Origin: a virus
Lineage: Duplodnaviria > Caudoviricetes
Strand: one strand, 5' to 3'
Length of the DNA: 48,720 bases
IMG/VR virus record: IMGVR_UViG_3300032330_000853
Location: 1-48,720 of that record
The notes under the pieces were generated by a model. It saw only the letters and a program-made list of their open reading frames with translations, was not told where the DNA came from and ran no database searches. Positions 16,121-25,043 of the stretch are shown here, one piece after another. A program made the translations under genes and the position numbers. Within the stretch, counting starts at the first letter, position 1; each line of letters begins with the position of its first letter.

Positions 16121-17110
16121 TTAAACAATTCTTCCAATGCTTGGTCCAGTTCCTTCTTCTTTTATTGCACGAAAACATGAAGTACATATTCCACTATATG
16201 CTTTTTTGATTGCTTCCTGTCTTTCATGACCCTGCCAAATTTCCTTAATAGATTTATCTTTTATATTTATATATACTGTTTCATAATTAAAATCTGCACA
16301 ACATAAATATACATTTCCAGTTGCTGAAATAAATAATGATTCTGGATAGCCCTGAGAACATCCAATAACTTTTCCTTTGTTTTTTTCTTTAATTGCATTT
16401 TGATTTGAAATAATATTAAACTTTTCTAAAACACCTGTTCTATCTCCAAGATTATTTCTTCCAAAAATATTTATTCTTGGTAGTATAACTTTCATTTCTT
16501 TTACTATGTTTGCTAAAGTTCCAGTATTAATATCTGTATCATAAATTGGCGCATTATCAAGTACTTCTATCCAACCATTATTTTTAAACAAAGATCTTTC
16601 ATTAATTCCATTTGCCTGAATACAAAAATCTTCTGGTTTAAAAAGATCAACCAGTTGTTCTTCTGCATATTTAAGATTTTCTATTAATTTAGGAAAAATT
16701 TTGATATTAAATCCAGTGAAATTAGACCATTGTTCTGGATTTAATGAAGGAACATTTATAATTAATTGATTAACAATATCTTTATATTCTTTAATTAAAT
16801 CTATTTTTTCTTTTGTAAGATTGACACCGTTTGTATATATTGCTATATAAATTTTATATTTTCTGTGAAGATCTAACATTTCTTTAAAATATGGATAAAG
16901 CAAAACTTCATTAAAATGAATTGGTGAATTATAAATATCTTTTCTTACCCAAGAACCTCTGCCAGCATCTAGTTGTTTGAATATGTCTTCCATTGTTTCA
17001 ATAGACATATTGGATTTATTTTCTTTTGAATTACCAGCATATGCCACTGGACAAAACCAGCACTTTGCATTACAAATTCCATTTGGATCAATGTTTATAT
17101 GCTGTATCAT
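16121..17110 (-). CDS. Radical SAM protein with SPASM/twitch domain
   Basis: CNAKCWFC (CxxxCxxC), YTNG, and C-terminal C...GNVYLCCAD...CTSC. Confidence 0.9.
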   Translation of the reverse strand: MIQHINIDPNGICNAKCWFCPVAYAGNSKENKSNMSIETMEDIFKQLDAGRGSWVRKDIYNSPIHFNEVLLYPYFKEMLDLHRKYKIYIAIYTNGVNLTKEKIDLIKEYKDIVNQLIINVPSLNPEQWSNFTGFNIKIFPKLIENLKYAEEQLVDLFKPEDFCIQANGINERSLFKNNGWIEVLDNAPIYDTDINTGTLANIVKEMKVILPRINIFGRNNLGDRTGVLEKFNIISNQNAIKEKNKGKVIGCSQGYPESLFISATGNVYLCCADFNYETVYINIKDKSIKEIWQGHERQEAIKKAYSGICTSCFRAIKEEGTGPSIGRIV

Positions 17111-17119
17111 TTTTAATTT

Positions 17120-17644
17120 TTATATACTAACAACATCAACTGGCCCCATACAAGAAGGGCTAAATTTAATAGCAGCATGAACTGCTCCCATTACACGATT
17201 ACGTGGATTTTTTTGTTTGTCTGTAGCAAATAAATATCCATAAGCATATTCTGCCCCAGAACCCATTGTAAGATAGTCAAGGTTGTATTTAGATAAAGAC
17301 ATATCTGCTGAACTATGTTCGTATATTTGTCCTTTTACACATATAATTAATCCAAGATCACCATCTTTTGATGTGTCTACCCAAAAATCATTATAAAATT
17401 CTCTAAGTTCTTTAATAAATTTAGTTTGCATAAACTTATCTATGTCTTTAATATTAGGAACACTTGGTTTAAAATTATACCTAATACGTTCCCCATCCAT
17501 TGCACCTGCATATCCAATTAAATATGGACCAATCTTCCAGACTTTGGGTGCTTCTAGTGCTAAAATAGTTCCATCGTCAGATGCTCCACGATCACCAGCC
17601 ATATAGATTTTATCTTCATGGCGAACTACAGCAATACAAGTCAT
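17120..17644 (-). CDS. Ntn-hydrolase, HslV/proteasome-beta-like protein
   Basis: Starts M-T-C-I (N-terminal Thr), then AGD, K, GYAG and MGSGA..A.G. GAGG RBS before ATG 17644. Confidence 0.8.
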   Translation of the reverse strand: MTCIAVVRHEDKIYMAGDRGASDDGTILALEAPKVWKIGPYLIGYAGAMDGERIRYNFKPSVPNIKDIDKFMQTKFIKELREFYNDFWVDTSKDGDLGLIICVKGQIYEHSSADMSLSKYNLDYLTMGSGAEYAYGYLFATDKQKNPRNRVMGAVHAAIKFSPSCMGPVDVVSI

Positions 17645-17674
17645 TAGATTACCCCTCCACAATGCAGTATATTT

Positions 17675-17703
17675 AGTATACCATCAAAACTTTAAAGGGT
17701 CAA
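17675..17703 (-). promoter_or_regulatory. Promoter TTGACC-N17-TATACT
   Basis: -35 at 17703-17698 and -10 at 17680-17675 with the extended TG. Confidence 0.7.
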
Positions 17704-17708
17704 GTATG

Positions 17709-18284
17709 TTATTTTGTATTTTGACCACAAGTTGGGCATGTTTTTGCCTTACCTGTAGATTTTTTAGCAGTAGAAGTGGGTGCTGCACCAAACTTAGGTC
17801 GTCCAAATCCAACAATAGAAATCTGTTCGCCAGCCTTATTTTTCTTGAATGCACGAAGTTTTTTTGAAACCTGCCCACCATTGCGTTGTGAACCCTTTTT
17901 ATCTGGGCTTGTATTTCCTTCAATGCACCAAACAGTCCCATCTTCATTATCAGCAATAACAATTCCAACGTGACTAATACGATCAACACCATCTGAAGGG
18001 AAATCAAAATAAGCAATATCTCCTGGTTCTGGATCTGCAACATCTCCATCAATCCATGCACCAGCCTTTTTAAATGCTTGTGCTCCACCTGGAGTATAAA
18101 CAGTATTGGGAACCTTTACTCCTGCTTCATTAGCACACCACATAACAAATGATCCACACCAAGGTTGGAAGTTTGCTTTTGTAAATGCACCATACTTTGT
18201 TTCATTATCTTTTGGACCTTCAATAGTTCCAAGTTCTGCTTTTGCAACTTCAATTAAACGTGCTGCTGTGCCTTGTTCTGCCAT
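17709..18284 (-). CDS. Endolysin, CHAP domain
   Basis: PWCGSFV (Cys), SHVGIV (His) and IEGNT. C-terminal CPTC tail. Confidence 0.88.
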   Translation of the reverse strand: MAEQGTAARLIEVAKAELGTIEGPKDNETKYGAFTKANFQPWCGSFVMWCANEAGVKVPNTVYTPGGAQAFKKAGAWIDGDVADPEPGDIAYFDFPSDGVDRISHVGIVIADNEDGTVWCIEGNTSPDKKGSQRNGGQVSKKLRAFKKNKAGEQISIVGFGRPKFGAAPTSTAKKSTGKAKTCPTCGQNTK

Positions 18285-18694
18285 TATTCTTTATCCCAAT
18301 CAGTATCAACTGGTTGTGCTTCTGGCATTTGTCCATCTGGCTTAGCAGCCAAACGTGCTGCGGTTGCATCAATTTCTGCTTCTACCTTCTTGTCTGCTTG
18401 TGTATTCTTAGCATCCATTTCTTTATTTGCTAATTGTGCTGACATAATATCTTTAGCACCAGAATTACCAATTAATAGACCTGCTAATGTTCCTGTAATA
18501 AATGTTGCAACTGATCCAAGCACATTGAAAAACATTTTATCATTTTCTGACTGTGTTCCAATTGGTTGGCTAACAAAAAGTAAACCGTATAAAATTCCTA
18601 CTGCTGTAAGAAATAAAATTGATCCTAGTGTAATACCTAAAATAAATTTTAATCTTGCATCTAAATCTTGTGGAGATAGTTTTTCTTTAGCCAT
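18284..18694 (-). CDS. Two-TM membrane protein, holin candidate
   Basis: Two TM helices. Translationally coupled upstream of the endolysin. Confidence 0.6.
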   Translation of the reverse strand: MAKEKLSPQDLDARLKFILGITLGSILFLTAVGILYGLLFVSQPIGTQSENDKMFFNVLGSVATFITGTLAGLLIGNSGAKDIMSAQLANKEMDAKNTQADKKVEAEIDATAARLAAKPDGQMPEAQPVDTDWDKE

Positions 18695-18911
18695 TGTTTG
18701 TTCCCCCTGTTAAGTTGGCATCTGTTTTTATATTTATTTTAATTGTATCTTTTGTACATGTCCCAGATGCTTCACATATTGGAGGATTGCATTCTGCATT
18801 TTTCCAATTGTCTGGATTCTGACAAGGATATCTATAGAAACCCTGATAACCGCATCCAGACAATGAAAGTATTAATAGTGCTACTAATGTTAGATTACGG
18901 AAGGTTTTCAT
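18687..18911 (-). CDS. Cys-rich lipoprotein
   Basis: Signal peptide with lipobox LSGC, then RYPCQ.P.NW...EC.PPICEASGTC. Confidence 0.75.
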   Translation of the reverse strand: MKTFRNLTLVALLILSLSGCGYQGFYRYPCQNPDNWKNAECNPPICEASGTCTKDTIKINIKTDANLTGGTNNG

Positions 18912-18932
18912 ACCCTCCATTATACTATACTA

Positions 18933-19109
18933 TTACTCTTCGTCTTCACGAATGCCAATGGTCATAAACCATAAAGCGATTGATGCTAAAGTTACATATC
19001 CTACTACTGTCTTTGCACTACCCTCTAGAACTACCCACGCTACAAAGAAGCCTAGAAATGTAAAGTTTTCGCTTAGAATCGCCATGATTCTTTTCTTTAA
19101 CCAGTTCAT
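18933..19109 (-). CDS. Small two-TM protein (58 aa, missed by ORF track)
   Basis: MNWLKKRIMAILSENFTFLGFFVAWVVLEGSAKTVVGYVTLASIALWFMTIGIREDEE. TAATG-coupled to the large surface protein. Confidence 0.75.
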   Translation of the reverse strand: MNWLKKRIMAILSENFTFLGFFVAWVVLEGSAKTVVGYVTLASIALWFMTIGIREDEE

Positions 19110-21487
19110 TATCTTCTCCTTATCATTGCACTACCAACTATGACCTGTCCAACTAGCACTGCTGCTACAAGGACTTCTTTAGCCTTTTGTCTTTCTTGTG
19201 GAGACATATCAGCACCAATACTTGCTAGTGCTAAGAATACCTCACATTTTTGCTCTTCTGTCAAACCTTCAATAGCCTCATCTGGATTAAAACATCCAGC
19301 AATTGCTCCTATCAAAGCAGCAGGAGACTCTAGTGTTGTGAGTGCTGAAGCAACCTCTGCTGTAATAACGACAGGATTTCCATTAATATCTGTTCTAACT
19401 TCAACAGGAATTTCTGGTGGAAGATCACGATATTCAAGTCCTGCTGCTGCAATATCTGAAGCAGTCACTGGTTCTCCATCTGCTGCTGTAATCAATGCAT
19501 CTGCAACTAATGATTTTTCTGCAAGTGTAAATACACCATCTACTGTTAATGCATCAGATAGGTTGTTTACTTCAGAAGATGTTATTTCTCCATCTGCCAT
19601 TAAAGCATCTAATACCGCTTCAGCATCTGCTGCTGTCAAATTTCCATCAGCAACAAGATTTTCTACTACAGCAATAACTTCTTCTACTGTTAGTGGTGCT
19701 TCTTCTGCTGGTGCAGGAGGCTCTTCAACTGGTATTGGTGGCTCTTCTGCTGGAGGCTCAACAGCAGGAGGCTCTTCTGCAGGTGGTTCTACGCTAGGTG
19801 GTTCTTCTATTGAAGGTTCTTCTGCTGGAGGCTCTACTGGTGGTGGTTCTACTGGAGTAGGTGCTGCTGGCATTGAAACAATATAAACTGGTGCTGGTGC
19901 TGGTATTTCAAGGATAAACTGATCATAATTACTTGTTGTGCCACTCCAGTTAGCAACACTAATAGTATAAGTTGTTCCTTGTGTCAAACCAGTAATTTCA
20001 AATGTTCCTGGAGCACCATCTGTATTCAATGTTTGTCCAGCATATGGGTTAGCAGCAGTTTCATCATCTGCAGTTACAGTATAAAACCATGTATTTCCTG
20101 TATATCCTTCAGGCATTGACATTGAAACTGTTGCAGTAGTTCCTTCAAATACTATATTTTGAATAACTGGTGGTGGTGTAGGAATATAGTTATTAATAGC
20201 ATTGGTAAGGTTTGTTGCTCTAGTTGTTAATAATGTTTGAAGATTAGCCTTAGAAACATTGGCTGCATTAATACCGTTTTGAATTGTAGAAATAGAAGGA
20301 ATAGTATTAACTAACTGTTGATTGCTATTATTAACAACAACGATTGCAGATATTCTTTGATTAAGAGTAGCAAGTTGAGCATTGGCTGCATCTACTGTAG
20401 TTTGTACTGCTGAGTTATTATTTATTGTTGTAGGAGCCGTATATGTTCCTTGACCAATTGATCCTTTAAATTCATTTGCCCCAATTGTATCTTGATCTAC
20501 AATTGCAACAATTGTTCCATTTGTGGTTTGACGATAATTCCATCTACTTCCATCTACATATGGACCAATACCAGATACATTTGCAATCCATGCTCCAGTT
20601 GTTGGATTTATATCTGCATTAAATCTTAACTGAGTTAATTGAATTGATGAATCTCTAGTTGGATAAGCACGTACATCCCAAGCAATATCTAATGTGTTTG
20701 CTGTTGTAGAATAAGTAATACCAGAACCATAACTCCATGTTGTCCAGTCCATTCCACCTATAGAAACTGATGGTGCATTTGGAGTGTCATAATATATCCA
20801 TCCTTCATTAGTTCCAAATGTAATTGTTGCATTTGATCCTACATAAATAGAGTTATATATAACCCCACCCATCTGCATATTAAATGGAAGAATCATCTGA
20901 ATACCAGCGTCATCTACACCTTGAAGAACATCTCTAACTGTAGCAATTGTTGCTTGAAGAGCATTAATTGCATCCTGGGCATTTGAAATTGAGGCATTTG
21001 CCTGTGAAAATTCTGTTGCTGCTGTGTTCATAGCAGTAGTAACTGCTGCTCTTGCAGTAGTTGCTTCAGCCAATTCTGATTGAGCAATAACTGTAGATAT
21101 TGCGTCAATTGCTGTCTGTGCATTAGTAACTGTGCCCTTTGCTTCAATAATAATAGGAGAACTTTGATCTACTCCAGTAGCATTGGTTACAACTGTGATT
21201 GCATTATTAACCGCATTGACGCTATTTGTTGCTGTAGAAACCTGTGTCCCTAGGGCTGTAGAGGCTTGCTGAGCCTGCTGTGCTTCTGTTCTGGCAGTTT
21301 GAACTAATGGTGCAACCGCTGCTGAGGCTGCTTCTGACTGCTCAATTTGTGTTGTAGCAGTTCCTAAAGCAATTACTATTGCCTCTTCAAGTGTCTCTCC
21401 GTGTGCAAGATCTGACGGTAAAAAGACTAAACATATTGATAACAGAATCCCCACTAATCCAGTTTTGATTAGTATATTTTTGATTAT
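19109..21487 (-). CDS. Large secreted, C-terminally membrane-anchored protein (coiled coil, NIDO-like beta domain, FN3-like domain, Pro/Glu linker)
   Basis: Signal peptide (AHG-E), Ala/Thr/Gln coiled coil, DDAG..LPF....GSNATITFG, ITGLTQGTTYTISVAN, PPAEEP repeats, and terminal hydrophobic helix plus RRR. Start uncertain (GTG 21454, or ATA/ATC 21487/21484). Confidence 0.75.
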   Translation of the reverse strand: MIKNILIKTGLVGILLSICLVFLPSDLAHGETLEEAIVIALGTATTQIEQSEAASAAVAPLVQTARTEAQQAQQASTALGTQVSTATNSVNAVNNAITVVTNATGVDQSSPIIIEAKGTVTNAQTAIDAISTVIAQSELAEATTARAAVTTAMNTAATEFSQANASISNAQDAINALQATIATVRDVLQGVDDAGIQMILPFNMQMGGVIYNSIYVGSNATITFGTNEGWIYYDTPNAPSVSIGGMDWTTWSYGSGITYSTTANTLDIAWDVRAYPTRDSSIQLTQLRFNADINPTTGAWIANVSGIGPYVDGSRWNYRQTTNGTIVAIVDQDTIGANEFKGSIGQGTYTAPTTINNNSAVQTTVDAANAQLATLNQRISAIVVVNNSNQQLVNTIPSISTIQNGINAANVSKANLQTLLTTRATNLTNAINNYIPTPPPVIQNIVFEGTTATVSMSMPEGYTGNTWFYTVTADDETAANPYAGQTLNTDGAPGTFEITGLTQGTTYTISVANWSGTTSNYDQFILEIPAPAPVYIVSMPAAPTPVEPPPVEPPAEEPSIEEPPSVEPPAEEPPAVEPPAEEPPIPVEEPPAPAEEAPLTVEEVIAVVENLVADGNLTAADAEAVLDALMADGEITSSEVNNLSDALTVDGVFTLAEKSLVADALITAADGEPVTASDIAAAGLEYRDLPPEIPVEVRTDINGNPVVITAEVASALTTLESPAALIGAIAGCFNPDEAIEGLTEEQKCEVFLALASIGADMSPQERQKAKEVLVAAVLVGQVIVGSAMIRRR
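19695..19860 (-). repeat. Coding tandem repeat (PPAEE/PPVE-type units)
   Basis: PVEPPPVEPPAEEPSIEEPPSVEPPAEEPPAVEPPAEEPPIPVEEPPAPAEE. Confidence 0.8.
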
Positions 21488-21525
21488 AGTCTCCTGTTTA
21501 GTCTGTGGTGTAGACTAATAGTCCT

Positions 21526-21534
21526 ATTATATCA
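21526..21534 (-). promoter_or_regulatory. Extended -10 promoter TGATATAAT
   Basis: Exact motif upstream of the large surface protein gene. Confidence 0.65.
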
Positions 21535-21562
21535 TTAATAATAAGATTATTACTAATTTTAT

Positions 21563-21598
21563 AAAATAAAAAAGAGGGCAGAAATTAATCTGCCCCCT
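21563..21598 (-). terminator. Intrinsic terminator
   Basis: GGGCAGA-loop-TCTGCCC stem followed by TCTTTTTTATTTT on the minus strand, directly after the 21613-23223 gene. Confidence 0.8.
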
Positions 21599-21612
21599 AA
21601 TTTATTAAGAAT

Positions 21613-23223
21613 TTACTTCTTTAGAAGTGCCTTCTGTAGTGCAGCAATTTGCTTATTGATTGTTGCAATGAGTGCAATGATTGCTTTGAAAACTTCAGCC
21701 ATAGAAGTTTCTCCATTTGCAACTAAGTATCCAACAGTTTTTGCAGAATCTGTAGAAACGTAGGCTGGAAGATCAACAACAATATTGTATGATCCAGCAA
21801 CATTGCCTACTGTAAACTTGATAACTTTTGAACCATCTGTATCAAAAGTATCAGCAGATGTTGCAGCAGTAATTGCTGTCAACTGACCACCTGAAATAGC
21901 AACTCCTGCACCAAGTGTTGCACCAGCATAAACCTTAGCACCAGAAATATCTGTTGCCTTGATTGTAAGTGTTGCAATTTCACCTGACTTATAAGAAGCC
22001 TTATCAAGTGTTGCTGTGTACTTATTTACACCTTGACCACATGCTGCAACAAAATCATTTGAGTAGATTGTTGTAGCATCTGCAAGTGTGTATTTAATAC
22101 GAACTGTTGATGACCCTGATGTGCTAGCACATGTCCATCCACCTGTTTGAACTGCTGTAGCAGATGATGCACCAGCAACTGAAACTGCAGTAATTTGTGA
22201 AGTGTACTTTGTTGTATCAGCAGTTGGAGTAATTCCAGCCAACTGATTTCCAGCAGCATCCTTGACTACAAAGTCATAGGTACCTGTACGTGCTCCACCA
22301 GCCTGTGCAATATCTGCACCTGAAACTACGATTGAAGCAGCAGCACCAGTGAAGGTGATTGTCTTGCTTACAAATTGTGTTCCGTTATATGAAACTGTTA
22401 GTGTTGTTGAAACAGGCTTATCAGTATTTACTGTACCCTGCTTAACATAAAGAACTCCACTTACACCAGTCTTTGCTGCAAATGAAACCTCTGTTGAAGG
22501 ACTTGAATCCCATGCAACAATTGCTCCATTAGTAGCAGAAGCCTGTAGCACTCCGTTTGAAGACATTGTTGATGCATAACCATCACGAGCAAGTACGTTT
22601 ACATATCCAACACCACCGTTAACAACGGTTGTTGAGTTAGCAACGTCTACGCTTGATGTTAGTGTTCCAAGTGTTGAATTGTCTTGTACACGACCAAGTG
22701 AATCTGCTGCAGAGAAGATGTCTGTCTTTGCAACTGTTCCTGCATAAATTGTCTTAATATCAATTACAGAAACTGCTGCGCCAACCTTTTTCTTCTGAGT
22801 GATTGTGATTGTTCCTGAACCAGTAACGTTAACCAAAACTGGTGAAGGAAGATTTACTGCAGTTGAAGTTTCTGCTGTAAATGTAAATGTCTTACCAAGA
22901 TTAGTAAGTGTTGGCGTTGCCTTGTTGCTTCCCGCTTCTGTAAAAGAACCGAAAATAGCAGGTCCAGCAATTTCCAATGATACGTAGTCATTTGCTGTTG
23001 ATGCAAGAGTATCTGTTGTCTTCAATGCAATAATTGAATTGACTCCAGCCTCTGCCTTAGCAGCATCTGATGCTAAAACTGTTGCACCACGAGCACCATC
23101 AGACAATAAACCAGACAGGGCATACCCGTTAGTTACTGCTGCTGAAGCAGGTGAAATTGCAACAAAAAGTGTGCTTGTTAGGGCTGCAGCCGTAACCAAA
23201 GCGATCTTTTTAAATGAATTCAT
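21613..23223 (-). CDS. Secreted Ala/Thr/Gly/Ser-rich surface (S-layer-like/Ig-like) protein
   Basis: Sec signal MNSFKKIALVTAAA...PASA, Ig-like beta segments (VKDAAGN, LTIKATD.SG), and C-terminal helix IIALIATINKQIAALQKALLKK. AGGAG RBS. Confidence 0.7.
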   Translation of the reverse strand: MNSFKKIALVTAAALTSTLFVAISPASAAVTNGYALSGLLSDGARGATVLASDAAKAEAGVNSIIALKTTDTLASTANDYVSLEIAGPAIFGSFTEAGSNKATPTLTNLGKTFTFTAETSTAVNLPSPVLVNVTGSGTITITQKKKVGAAVSVIDIKTIYAGTVAKTDIFSAADSLGRVQDNSTLGTLTSSVDVANSTTVVNGGVGYVNVLARDGYASTMSSNGVLQASATNGAIVAWDSSPSTEVSFAAKTGVSGVLYVKQGTVNTDKPVSTTLTVSYNGTQFVSKTITFTGAAASIVVSGADIAQAGGARTGTYDFVVKDAAGNQLAGITPTADTTKYTSQITAVSVAGASSATAVQTGGWTCASTSGSSTVRIKYTLADATTIYSNDFVAACGQGVNKYTATLDKASYKSGEIATLTIKATDISGAKVYAGATLGAGVAISGGQLTAITAATSADTFDTDGSKVIKFTVGNVAGSYNIVVDLPAYVSTDSAKTVGYLVANGETSMAEVFKAIIALIATINKQIAALQKALLKK

Positions 23224-23270
23224 TTTTCTCCTTGTTTTTGTTTTATCCCAACCCACTTGAGTAAGGAATC

Positions 23271-25043
23271 TTATATTAGGCCTAAATTGTTTAGAAAATC
23301 CTTAACATCGTTAGGAACTTCCTTGTTATCTAATTCTACCATAGCCCTCTGCTTTTGTGCAAGTCTATCTGATGTCCCCCATGTATGAATATCAATCTCA
23401 ATATTATTATCCTTTGGAGTATGAGAAATAGCACCAAAAACAGCACCACAAACAGCGTCTGCTAGGTCTTTAGATTTTTTTCTAGGGTGATCAACACGAT
23501 TGCCTTTCATTATTTTTAATTCTGACATTTCATCAAGAAGTAAAGGAATCATAGGCATGGCAACACGCTCCTCATAAATCATCATTGCAAGATCTTCATA
23601 GTGTTTTTTAGCAACAGAAACAGTATCAGTTCTTATTCCAACAGCCTTAAGTTCATTTTGAATATCAAATGATTGCCAACGGTCAAAAGAAACAATTCCA
23701 ATATTAAAACCTTGTCTACGTAGATTAACAATCCACTGCTTTACTTCAGATAGATTTACTGGACCTTCTGATTTTGGCTCCCACCAAGCAACTGCATCTA
23801 CTACTACAATTGGTGCTACTTGTTCGTAATCTTTAATTACCTGAATATTTACCCATTTATCTACGTGAGCAATTGCAACTGCACACTTGTCATGTTTTTG
23901 TGCAAGGTCAGCATGTATATAATATGTTTTTTCTGGATCTGGTTTAAAGTTTTCTGAGAATCTTCTAAAACTATCAACAGGGTTTGTCATTGTCATACAT
24001 CTTATTAGTTTATCTTTTTGTTTAAAAAATGCATCTGATGAATATGTTGGTGTACATAAAAAACGCATCATTGCATCTCCCATGTCTGTTAAAAATGCAA
24101 TTTTAAAATCATCAATATTTCTTGTTGGATTAACTTCCCATGTTGGACGTTTAAGTGCTAACACCTTTGGAATTTTATAAGAAAGAATATGATCTTCTTC
24201 CCAAGTAATTTCAAATTCATTATCTGGTCCTTCTGGTAATTCTTCATTAATAATAAATTTATGCCTACGCTCTATAGTTTCTTTATCTGCAATAACAGAA
24301 TCATATCTTTGAGAAATGTAGTCACCCTGATAGCGTGGGAATGAAAGAAGAACTACCTTGCCAAGATCAGGGAAACGAGAATCTACAGTACCACGAAATG
24401 CTTTGTAAATATTTTCTGCAGTTTTTCCTTGCTCATTACCTGTACCAACTTCAGATGCAAAACCAGAAATTTCATCAAGAACAGCCATGAACAAGTTTAA
24501 ACCTTCGTGTGATTCTCTTTCTGAGTGCCCAGAGTAAACAGTAATTCCTTTATCAAATTCAACGGAGTCTGCCTTTGGATTATATTTTCCAGCAAACCAA
24601 GGGGACTTCTCAATCTTAGTTTTAAAACCTTTAAAGAAAACATTTTTAGCCTGTTGTGCGTTAATAGCAACGTTAATAATATCTATAGCATCTCCAGATG
24701 GTTTTCCGTAATACGATGCTGGATCTTTAAGACATAGAAGTTTATATACTACGTATGCACATGCTACTGTTGATACAAAATCTTTTCCACTACCCTTGCC
24801 TAGTTGAAGAATAATTTCATTTTTAGTATATTTTGAAAAATAAGCAGAGCCTTCTACCTCACCCATAATTTCTATTAAATCTTCTTTGCGATAAATCTGA
24901 CTCATTGCTTCAACAATGTCATATTGAATTGATGATAGTTGTGGTTGTCCTAAATAGTCAGGAGACTCAACAAATGTTTTTGCATCAACTGGTTTTTCAA
25001 GAAAGTGATTTTCTTTAAGAACTTCAAAAAAATCATTGAACAT
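23271..25043 (-). CDS. terL: Terminase large subunit
   Basis: Walker A LGKGSGKD, Walker B AVLDE, and RNase H-like nuclease motifs HADLA, SFDRW and KDLADA. Confidence 0.9.
   Translation of the reverse strand: MFNDFFEVLKENHFLEKPVDAKTFVESPDYLGQPQLSSIQYDIVEAMSQIYRKEDLIEIMGEVEGSAYFSKYTKNEIILQLGKGSGKDFVSTVACAYVVYKLLCLKDPASYYGKPSGDAIDIINVAINAQQAKNVFFKGFKTKIEKSPWFAGKYNPKADSVEFDKGITVYSGHSERESHEGLNLFMAVLDEISGFASEVGTGNEQGKTAENIYKAFRGTVDSRFPDLGKVVLLSFPRYQGDYISQRYDSVIADKETIERRHKFIINEELPEGPDNEFEITWEEDHILSYKIPKVLALKRPTWEVNPTRNIDDFKIAFLTDMGDAMMRFLCTPTYSSDAFFKQKDKLIRCMTMTNPVDSFRRFSENFKPDPEKTYYIHADLAQKHDKCAVAIAHVDKWVNIQVIKDYEQVAPIVVVDAVAWWEPKSEGPVNLSEVKQWIVNLRRQGFNIGIVSFDRWQSFDIQNELKAVGIRTDTVSVAKKHYEDLAMMIYEERVAMPMIPLLLDEMSELKIMKGNRVDHPRKKSKDLADAVCGAVFGAISHTPKDNNIEIDIHTWGTSDRLAQKQRAMVELDNKEVPNDVKDFLNNLGLI

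Noticed and set aside
17684-18713. Overlapping alternative ORFs around the lysis genes (17684-18088 minus, 18273-18713 plus) as embedded spanins
   Set aside because: No lipobox or RBS. They look like frame or antisense shadows of the endolysin and membrane genes.
19140-19886. 248-aa plus-strand ORF rich in Ser/Ala/Gly
   Set aside because: Antisense shadow of the repetitive Pro/Glu/Ala region of the real minus-strand gene. No RBS or recognisable domain.
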